Notes under the pieces: model-generated | Told to the model about the DNA's origin: nothing | The model's database searches: none | Seen by the model: only the letters and a program-made list of their open reading frames with translations | Assembly (NCBI GenBank): GCA_964276515.1 | Contig: OZ193909.1 | Location: 10,106,001 to 10,170,000 of the forward strand | DNA from: Gordius albopunctatus | Lineage: Eukaryota | Direction of reading: 5' to 3' | Length of the DNA: 64,000 nucleotides | Made by a program: the position numbers and the translations under genes | Shown here: positions 1 to 11,200 of the stretch, piece by piece | Numbering within the stretch: the stretch's first letter is position 1 | How the letters are laid out: every line of letters starts with the position of its first letter

Positions 1-344
1 AAATAATTTTAAATATTTTGAGCTGAAAAATATTATTTTTGTTATTTTGTGTAAAAGAGCTTGAAAAAATATATAAAAGTATGCTAATTTGAGATTCCTA
101 TTAATCTCGATCGACTCCTTATAAGAAGTTTTAAGCTGCGAGAACTATCATTTTGAGGAAAGACAACGTTATATTGTTGCGATTAGTTTGTTTCATCGCG
201 ACGAGAGTGCTGAATTTTTGAAACATGCTATATGCGATGATTATTTCAAAGTAATAGTTATCTAATTGTGATAAATTTTAACTTCTTATCATGAAAATCA
301 CGTCTGAAAATAACAACTTTCATCGGATGAATATGGTTTAATGG
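1..344. repeat. Reference long monomer (344 bp; arbitrary phase)
   Basis: Contains GCGATTAGTTTGTTTCATCGCG. The next unit starts at 345. Hand count gives 57 G + 38 C in 344 bp (~28% GC) and 11 CpG. Confidence 0.97.
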
Positions 345-688
345 AAATAATTTTAAATATTTTGAGCTGAAAAATATATTTTTAGTTATTTTGTGTAAAA
401 GAGCTTGAAAAAATATATAAAAGTATGCTAATTTGAGATTCCTATTAATCTCGATCGACTCCTTATAAGAAGTTTTAATCTGCGAAAACTATCATTTTGA
501 GGAAAGACAACGTTATATTGTTGCGATTAGTTTGTTTCATCGCGACGAGAGTGCTGAATTTTTGAAACATGCTATATGTGATGATTATTTCAAAGTAATA
601 GTTATCTAATTGTGATAAATTTTTACTTCTTATCATGAAAATCACGTCTGAAAATAACAACTTTCATCGGATGAATATGGTTTAATGG

Positions 689-1025
689 AAACAATTTTAA
701 ATATTTTTAGGTAAAAAAATATTTTTTTGTTTATTTATGTAAAAGAGCTTGAAAAAATATATAAAATGAAGCTAATTTGAGATTCCTATTAATCTCGATC
801 GACTCCTTATAAGAAGTTTAAAGCTGCGAGAACTATCATTTTGAGGAAAGACAACGTTATATTGTTGCGATTATCATCGCGACGATAGTGCTGAATTTTT
901 GAAACATGCTATATGCGATGATTATTTCAAAGTAATAGTTATCTAATTGTGATAAATTTTTACTTCTTATCATGAAAATCACGTCTGAAAATAACAACTT
1001 TCATCGGATGAATATGGTTTAATGG
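689..1025. repeat. Reference short monomer (337 bp; lacks GTTTGTT)
   Basis: Reads GCGATTATCATCGCG at 867-881 instead of GCGATTAGTTTGTTTCATCGCG, a 7-bp difference. Short units account for most gaps in the ORF track. Confidence 0.96.
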
Positions 1026-4000
1026 AAACAATTTTAAATATTTTGAGCTGAAAAATATTATTTTTGTTATTTTGTGTAAAAGAGCTTGAAAAAATATACA
1101 AAAGTATGCTAATTTGAGATTCCTATTAATCTCGATCGACTCCTTATAAGAAGTTTTAAGCTGCGAGAACTATCATTTTGAGGAAAGACAACGTTATATT
1201 GTTGCGATTAGTTTGTTTCATCGCGACGAGAGTGCTGAATTTTTGAAACATGCTATATGCGATGATTATTTCAAAGTAATAGTTATCTAATTGTGATAAA
1301 TTTTTACTTCTTATCATGGAATACACGTCTGAAAATAACAACTTTCATCGGATGAATATGGTTTATTGCAAATAATTTTAAATATTTTGAGCTAAAAAAC
1401 GATATTTTTTGTTATTTTATGTAAAAGAGCTTGAAAAAATATGTAAAAGTAAGCTAATTTGAGATTCATATTAATCTCGATCGACTCCTTATAAGAAGTT
1501 TTAATCTGCGAAAACTATCATTTTGAGGAAAGACAACGTTATATTGTTGCGATTAGTTTGTTTCATCGCGACGAGAGTGCTGAATTTTTGAAACATGCTA
1601 TATGTGATGATTATTTCAAAGTAATAGTTATCTAATTGTGATAAATTTTTACTTCTTATCATGAAAATCACGTCTGAAAATAACAACTTTCATCGGATGA
1701 ATATGGTTTAATGGAAACAATTTTAAATATTTTTAGCTAAAAAAATATTTTTTTGTTATTTTATGTAAAAGAGCTTGAAAAAATATATAAAAGTAAGCTA
1801 ATTTGAGATTCCTATTAATCTCGATCGACTCCTTATAAGAAGTTTAAAGCTGCGAGAACTATCATTTTGAGGAAAGACAACGTTATATTGTTGCGATTAG
1901 TTTGTTTCATCGCGACGAGAGTGCTGAATTTTTGAAGCATGCTATATGCGATGATTATTTCAAAGTAATAGTTATCTAATTGTGATAAATTTTTACTTCT
2001 TATCATGGAATACACGTCTGAAAATAACAACTTTCATCGGATGAATATGGTTTATTGCAAATAATTTTAAATATTTTGAGCTAAAAAACGATATTTTTTG
2101 TTATTTTATGTAAAAGAGCTTGAAAAAATATGTAAAAGTAAGCTAATTTGAGATTCATATTAATCTCGATCGACTCCTTATAAGAAGTTTTAATCTGCGA
2201 AAACTATCATTTTGAGGAAAGACAACGTTATATTGTTGCGATTAGTTTGTTTCATCGCGACGAGAGTGCTGAATTTTTGAAACATGCTATATGTGATGAT
2301 TATTTCAAAGTAATAGTTATCTAATTGTGATAAATTTTTACTTCTTATCATGAAAATCACGTCTGAAAATAACAACTTTCATCGGATGAATATGGTTTAA
2401 TGGAAACAATTTTAAATATTTTGAGCTGAAAAATATATTTTTTGTTATTTTGTGTAAAAGAGCTTGAAAAAATATATAAAAGTATGCTAATTTGTGATTC
2501 ATATTAATCTCGATCGACTCCTTATAATAAGTTTTAAGCTGCGAGAACTATCATTTTGAGGAAAGACAACGCTTTATTGTTGCGATTATCATCGCGACGA
2601 GAGTGCTGAATTTTTGAAACATGCTATATGCGATGATTATTTCAAAGTAATAGTTATCTAATTGTGATAAATTTTTACTTCTTATCATGAAAATCACGTC
2701 TGAAAATAACAACTTTCATCGGATGAATATGGTTTAATGGAAATAATTTTAAATATTTTTAGCTAAAAAAATATTTTTTTGTTATTTTATGTAAAAGAGC
2801 TTGAAAAAATATATAAAAGTAAGCTAATTTGAGATTCCTATTAATCTCGATCGACTCCTTATAATAAGTTTTAAGCTGCGAGAACTATCATTTTGAGGAA
2901 AGAAAACGTTATATTGTTGCGATTATCATCGCGACGAGAGTGCTGAATTTTTGAAACATGCTATATGCGATGATTATTTCAAAGTAATAGTTATCTAATT
3001 GTGATAAATTTTTACTTCTTATCATGAAAATCACGTCTGAAAATAACAACTTTCATCTGATGAATATGGTTTAATGGAAATAATTTTAAATATTTTGAGC
3101 TGAAAAATATTATTTTTGTTATTTTGTGTAAAAGAGCTTGAAAAAATATATAAAAGTATGCTAATTTGAGATTCCTATTAATCTCGATCGACTCCTTATA
3201 ATAAGTTTTAAGCTGCGAGAACTATCATTTTGAGGAAAGAAAACGTTATATTGTTGCGATTATCATCGCGACGAGAGTGCTGAATTTTTGAAACATGCTA
3301 TATGCGATGATTATTTCAAAGTAATAGTTATCTAATTGTGATAAATTTTAACTTCTTATCATGAAAATCACGTCTGAAAATAACAACTTTCATCGGATGA
3401 ATATGGTTTAATGGAAATAATTTTAAATATTTTGAGCTGAAAAATATATTTTTAGTTATTTTGTGTAAAAGAGCTTGAAAAAATATATAAAAGTATGCTA
3501 ATTTGAGATTCCTATTAATCTCGATCGACTCCTTATAAGAAGTTTTAATCTGCGAAAACTATCATTTTGTTGAGAGATAACGTTATATTGTTGCGATTAG
3601 TTTGTTTCATCGCGACGAGAGTGCTGAATTTTTGAAGCATGCTATATGCGATGATTATTTCAAAGTAATAGTTATCTAATTGTGATAAATTTTTACTTCT
3701 TATCATGAAAATCACGTCTGAAAATAACAACTTTCATCGGATGAATATGGTTTAATGGAAATAATTTTAAATATTTTGAGCTGAAAAATATATTTTTAGT
3801 TATTTTGTGTAAAAGAGCTTGAAAAAATATATAAAAGTATGCTAATTTGAGATTCCTATTAATCTCGATCGACTCCTTATAAGAAGTTTTAAGCTGCGAG
3901 AACTATCATTTTGAGGAAAGACAACGTTATATTGTTGCGATTATCATCGCGACGATAGTGCTGAATTTTTGAAACATGCTATATGCGATGATTATTTCAA

Positions 4001-6483
4001 AGTAATAGTTATCTAATTGTGATAAATTTTTACTTCTTATCATGAAAATCACGTCTGAAAATAACAACTTTCATCGGATGAATATGGTTTAATGGAAATA
4101 ATTTTAAATATTTTGAGCTGAAAAATATATTTTTTGTTATTTTATGTAAAAGAGCTTGAAAAAATATATAAAAGTAAGCTAATTTGAGATTCCTATTAAT
4201 CTCGATCGACTCCTTATAAGAAGTTTAAAGCTGCGAGAACTATCATTTTGAGGAAAAACAACGTTATATTGTTGCGATTAGTTTGTTTCATCGCGACGAG
4301 AGTGCTGAATTTTTGAAGCATGCTATATGCGATGATTATTTCAAAGTAATAGTTATCTAATTGTGATAAATTTTTACTTCTTATCATGAAAATCACGTCT
4401 GAAAATAACAACTTTCATCGGATGAATATGGTTTAATGGAAATAATTTTAAATATTTTGAGCTGAAAAATATATTTTTAGTTATTTTGTGTAAAAGAGCT
4501 TGAAAAAATATATAAAAGTATGCTAATTTGAGATTCCTATTAATCTCGATCGACTCCTTATAAGAAGTTTTAAGCTGCGAGAACTATCATTTTGAGGAAA
4601 GACAACGCTTTATTGTTGCGATTATCATCGCGACGAGAGTGCTGAATTTTTGAAACATGCTATATGCGATGATTATTTCAAAGTAATAGTTATCTAATTG
4701 TGATAAATTTTTACTTCTTATCATGAAAATCACGTCTGAAAATAACAACTTTCATCGGATGAATATGGTTTAATGGAAATAATTTTAAATATTTTTAGCT
4801 AAAAAAATATTTTTTTTGTTATTTTATGTAAAAGAGCTTGAAAAAATATATAAAAGTAAGCTAATTTGAGATTCCTATTAATCTCGATCGACTCCTTATA
4901 ATAAGTTTTAAGCTGCGAGAACTATCATTTTGAGGAAAGACAACGTTATATTGTTGCGATTATCATCGCGACGAGAGTGCTGAATTTTTGAAACATGCTA
5001 TATGCGATGATTATTTCAAAGTAATAGTTATCTAATTGTGATAAATTTTTACTTCTTATCATGAAAATCACGTCTGAAAATAACAACTTTCATCGGATGA
5101 ATATGGTTTAATGGAAATAATTTTAAATATTTTGAGCTGAAAAATATTATTTTTGTTATTTTGTGTAAAAGAGCTTGAAAAAATATATAAAAGTATGCTA
5201 ATTTGAGATTCCTATTAATCTCGATCGACTCCTTATAAGAAGTTTTAAGCTGCGAGAACTATCATTTTGAGGAAAGACAACGTTATATTGTTGCGATTAG
5301 TTTGTTTCATCGGGACGAGAGTGCTGAATTTTTGAAACATGCTATATGCGATGATTATTTCAAAGTAATAGTTATCTAATTGTGATAAATTTTAACTTCT
5401 TATCATGAAAATCACGTCTGAAAATAACAACTTTCATCGGATGAATATGGTTTAATGGAAATAATTTTAAATATTTTGAGCTGAAAAATATATTTTTAGT
5501 TATTTTGTGTAAAAGAGCTTGAAAAAATATATAAAAGTATGCTAATTTGAGATTCCTATTAATCTCGATCGACTCCTTATAAGAAGTTTTAATCTGCGAA
5601 AACTATCATTTTGAGGAAAGACAACGTTATATTGTTGCGATTAGTTTGTTTCATCGCGACGAGAGTGCTGAATTTTTGAAACATGCTATATGTGATGATT
5701 ATTTCAAAGTAATAGTTATCTAATTGTGATAAATTTTTACTTCTTATCATGAAAATCACGTCTGAAAATAACAACTTTCATCGGATGAATATGGTTTAAT
5801 GGAAATAATTTTAAATATTTTGAGCTGAAAAATATATTTTTAGTTATTTTGTGTAAAAGAGCTTGAAAAAATATATAAAAGTAAGCTAATTTGAGATTCC
5901 TATTAATCTCGATCGACTCCTTATAAGAAGTTTAAAGCTGCGAGAACTATCATTTTGAGGAAAGACAACGTTATATTGTTGCGATTATCATCGCGACGAT
6001 AGTGCTGAATTTTTGAAACATGCTATATGCGATGATTATTTCAAAGTAATAGTTATCTAATTGTGATAAATTTTTACTTCTTATCATGAAAATCACGTCT
6101 GAAAATAACAACTTTCATCGGATGAATATGGTTTAATGGAAACAATTTTAAATATTTTGAGCTGAAAAATATTATTTTTGTTATTTTGTGTAAAAGAGCT
6201 TGAAAAAATATATAAAAGTATGCTAATTTGAGATTCTTATTAATCTCGATCGACTCCTTATAAGAAGTTTTAAGCTGCGAGAACTATCATTTTGAGGAAA
6301 GACAACGTTATATTGTTGCGATTAGTTTGTTTCATCGCGACGAGAGTGCTGAATTTTTGAAACATGCTATATGCGATGATTATTTCAAAGTAATAGTTAT
6401 CTAATTGTGATAAATTTTTACTTCTTATCATGGAATACACGTCTGAAAATAACAACTTTCATCGGATGAATATGGTTTATTGC

Positions 6484-8206
6484 AAATAATTTTAAATATT
6501 TTGAGCTAAAAAACGATATTTTTTGTTATTTTATGTAAAAGAGCTTGAAAAAATATGTAAAAGTAAGCTAATTTGAGATTCATATTAATCTCGATCGACT
6601 CCTTATAAGAAGTTTTAATCTGCGAAAACTATCATTTTGAGGAAAGACAACGTTATATTGTTGCGATTAGTTTGTTTCATCGCGACGAGAGTGCTGAATT
6701 TTTGAAACATGCTATATGTGATGATTATTTCAAAGTAATAGTTATCTAATTGTGATAAATTTTTACTTCTTATCATGAAAATCACGTCTGAAAATAACAA
6801 CTTTCATCGGATGAATATGGTTTAATGGAAACAATTTTAAATATTTTTAGCTAAAAAAATATTTTTTTGTTATTTTATGTAAAAGAGCTTGAAAAAATAT
6901 ATAAAAGTAAGCTAATTTGAGATTCCTATTAATCTCGATCGACTCCTTATAAGAAGTTTAAAGCTGCGAGAACTATCATTTTGAGGAAAGACAACGTTAT
7001 ATTGTTGCGATTAGTTTGTTTCATGGCGACGAGAGTGCTGAATTTTTGAAGCATGCTATATGCGATGATTATTTCAAAGTAATAGTTATCTAATTGTGAT
7101 AAATTTTTACTTCTTATCATGGAATACACGTCTGAAAATAACAACTTTCATCGGATGAATATGGTTTATTGCAAATAATTTTAAATATTTTGAGCTAAAA
7201 AACGATATTTTTTGTTATTTTATGTAAAAGAGCTTGAAAAAATATGTAAAAGTAAGCTAATTTGAGATTCATATTAATCTCGATCGACTCCTTATAAGAA
7301 GTTTTAATCTGCGAAAACTATCATTTTGAGGAAAGACAACGTTATATTGTTGCGATTAGTTTGTTTCATCGCGACGAGAGTGCTGAATTTTTGAAACATG
7401 CTATATGTGATGATTATTTCAAAGTAATAGTTATCTAATTGTGATAAATTTTTACTTCTTATCATGAAAATCACGTCTGAAAATAACAACTTTCATCGGA
7501 TGAATATGGTTTAATGGAAACAATTTTAAATATTTTTAGCTAAAAAAATATTTTTTTGTTATTTTATGTAAAAGAGCTTGAAAAAATATATAAAAGTAAG
7601 CTAATTTGAGATTCCTATTAATCTCGATCGACTCCTTATAAGAAGTTTAAAGCTGCGAGAACTATCATTTTGAGGAAAGACAACGTTATATTGTTGCGAT
7701 TAGTTTGTTTCATCGCGACGAGAGTGCTGAATTTTTGAAGCATGCTATATGCGATGATTATTTCAAAGTAATAGTTATCTAATTGTGATAAATTTTTACT
7801 TCTTATCATGGAATACACGTCTGAAAATAACAACTTTCATCGGATGAATATGGTTTATTGCAAATAATTTTAAATATTTTGAGCTAAAAAACGATATTTT
7901 TTGTTATTTTATGTAAAAGAGCTTGAAAAAATATGTAAAAGTAAGCTAATTTGAGATTCATATTAATCTCGATCGATTCCTTATAAGAAGTTTTAATCTG
8001 CGAAAACTATCATTTTGAGGAAAGACAACGTTATATTGTTGCGATTAGTTTGTTTCATCGCGACGAGAGTGCTGAATTTTTGAAACATGCTATATGTGAT
8101 GATTATTTCAAAGTAATAGTTATCTAATTGTGATAAATTTTTACTTCTTATCATGAAAATCACGTCTGAAAATAACAACTTTCATCGGATGAATATGGTT
8201 TAATGG
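6484..8206. repeat. 689-bp alternating dimer (345+344), A-B-A-B-A
   Basis: Identical ORF forms at 6615/7304/7993 and at 6947/7636, spaced 689 bp. The same dimer appears at 1501/2190, 13440/14129 and 13797/14486. Confidence 0.9.
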
Positions 8207-11200
8207 AAACAATTTTAAATATTTTGAGCTGAAAAATATATTTTTTGTTATTTTGTGTAAAAGAGCTTGAAAAAATATATAAAAGTATGCTAATTTGAGA
8301 TTCATATTAATCTCGATCGACTGCTTATAATAAGTTTTAAGCTGCGAGAACTATCATTTTGAGGAAAGACAACGCTTTATTGTTGCGATTATCATCGCGA
8401 CGAGAGTGCTGAATTTTTGAAACATGCTATATGCGATGATTATTTCAAAGTAATAGTTATCTAATTGTGATAAATTTTTACTTCTTATCATGAAAATCAC
8501 GTCTGAAAATAACAACTTTCATCGGATGAATATGGTTTAATGGAAATAATTTTAAATATTTTGAGCTGAAAAATATATTTTTTGTTATTTTATGTAAAAG
8601 AGCTTGAAAAAATATATAAAAGTAAGCTATCTTGAGATTCCTATTAATCTCGATCGACTCCTTATAAGAAGTTTAAAGCTGCGAGAACTATCATTTTGAG
8701 GAAAGACAACGTTATATTGTTGCGATTAGTTTGTTTCATCGCGACGAGAGTGCTGAATTTTTGAAACATGCTATATGCGATGATTATTTCAAAGTAATAG
8801 TTATCTAATTGTGATAAATTTTTACTTCTTATCATGAAAATCACGTTAAAAAATAACAACTCTTATCGGATGAATATGGTTTAATGGAAATAATTTTAAA
8901 TATTTTAAGCTAAAAAAATATTTTTTTTGTTATTTTATGTAAAAGAGCTTGAAAAAATATATAAAAGTAAGCTATCTTGAGATTCCTATTAATCTCGATC
9001 GACTCCTTATAAGAAGTTTAAAGCTGCGAGAACTATCATTTTGAGGAAAGACAACGTTATATTGTTGCGATTAGTTTGTTTCATCGCGACGAGACTGCTG
9101 AATTTTTGAAACATGCTATATGCGATGATTATTTCAAAGTAATAGTTATCTAATTGTGATAAATTTTTACTTCTTATCATGGAATACACGTCTGAAAATA
9201 ACAACTTTCATCGGATGAATATGGTTTAATGGAAATAATTTTAAATATTTTGAGCTGAAAAATATATTTTTTGTTATTTTGTGTAAAAGAGCTTGAAAAA
9301 ATATATAAAAGTATGCTAATTTGAGATTCATATTAATCTCGATCGACTCCTTATAATAAGTTTTAAGCTGCGAGAACTATCATTTTGAGGAAAGACAACG
9401 CTTTATTGTTGCGATTATCATCGCGACGAGAGTGCTGAATTTTTGAAACATGCTATATGCGATGATTATTTCAAAGTAATAGTTATCTAATTGTGATAAA
9501 TTTTTACTTCTTATCATGAAAATCACGTCTGAAAATAACAACTTTCATCGGATGAATATGGTTTAATGGAAATAATTTTAAATATTTTTAGCAAAAAAAA
9601 TATTTTTTCTGTTATTTTATGTAAAAGAGCTTGAAAAAATATATAAAAGTAAGCTAATTTGAGATTCCTATTAATCTCGATCGACTCCTTATAATAAGTT
9701 TTAAGCTGCGAGAACTATCATTTTGAGGAAAGACAACGTTATATTGTTGCGATTATCATCGCGACGAGAGTGCTGAATTTTTGAAACATGCTATATGCGA
9801 TGATTATTTCAAAGTAATAGTTATCTAATTGTGATAAATTTTAACTTCTTATCATGAAAATCACGTCTGAAAATAACAACTTTCATCGGATGAATATGGT
9901 TTAATGGAAATAATTTTAAATATTTTGAGCTGAAAAATATATTTTTAGTTATTTTGTGTAAAAGAGCTTGAAAAAATATATAAAAGTATGCTAATTTGAG
10001 ATTCCTATTAATCTCGATCGACTCCTTATAAGAAGTTTTAATCTGCGAAAACTATCATTTTGTTGAGAGATAACGTTATATTGTTGCGATTAGTTTGTTT
10101 CATCGCGACGAGAGTGCTGAATTTTTGAAACATGCTATATGTGATGATTATTTCAAAGTAATAGTTATCTAATTGTGATAAATTTTTACTTCTTATCATG
10201 AAAATCACGTCTGAAAATAACAACTTTCATCGGATGAATATGGTTTAAATGGAAACAATTTTAAATATTTTTAGCTAAAAAAATATTTTTTTGTTTATTT
10301 ATGTAAAAGAGCTTGAAAAAATATATAAAAGTAAGCTAATTTGAGATTCCTATTAATCTCGATCGACTCCTTATAAGAAGTTTAAAGCTGCGAGAACTAT
10401 CATTTTGAGGAAAGACAACGTTATATTGTTGCGATTATCATCGCGACGATAGTGCTGAATTTTTGAAACATGCTATATGCGATGATTATTTCAAAGTAAT
10501 AGTTATCTAATTGTGATAAATTTTTACTTCTTATCATGAAAATCACGTCTGAAAATAACAACTTTCATCGGATGAATATGGTTTAATGGAAATAATTTTA
10601 AATATTTTGAGCTGAAAAATATATTTTTTGTTATTTTATGTAAAAGAGCTTGAAAAAATATATAAAAGTAAGCTAATTTGAGATTCCTATTAATCTCGAT
10701 CGACTCCTTATAAGAAGTTTAAAGCTGCGAGAACTATCATTTTGAGGAAAGACAACGTTATATTGTTGCGATTAGTTTGTTTCATCGCGACGAGAGTGCT
10801 GAATTTTTGAAACATGCTATATGCGATGATTATTTCAAAGTAATAGTTATCTAATTGTGATAAATTTTTACTTCTTATCATGGAATACACGTCTGAAAAT
10901 AACAACTTTCATCGGATGAATATGGTTTATTGCAAATAATTTTAAATATTTTAGCTAAAAAACGATATTTTTTGTTATTTTATGTAAAAGAGCTTGAAAA
11001 AATATGTAAAATTAAGCTAATTTGAGATTCATATTAATCTCGATCGACTCCTTATAAGAAGTTTTAATCTGCGAAAACTATCATTTTGAGGAAAGACAAC
11101 GTTATATTGTTGCGATTAGTTTGTTTCATCGCGACGAGAGTGCTGAATTTTTGAAACATGCTATATGTGATGATTATTTCAAAGTAATAGTTATCTAATT

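Noticed and set aside
60..130. TATA-like or bacterial -10/-35 promoter motifs (TATATAAAA, TTGAAA, TATAAT)
   Set aside because: They are expected by chance at ~72% AT, and there is no downstream gene or transcript evidence.
1..344. Tandem MITE, transposon end or integron attC cassette array
   Set aside because: There are no terminal inverted repeats bounding the unit, no target-site duplications, no transposase or integrase and no variable cargo. The inverted repeats are short and internal.
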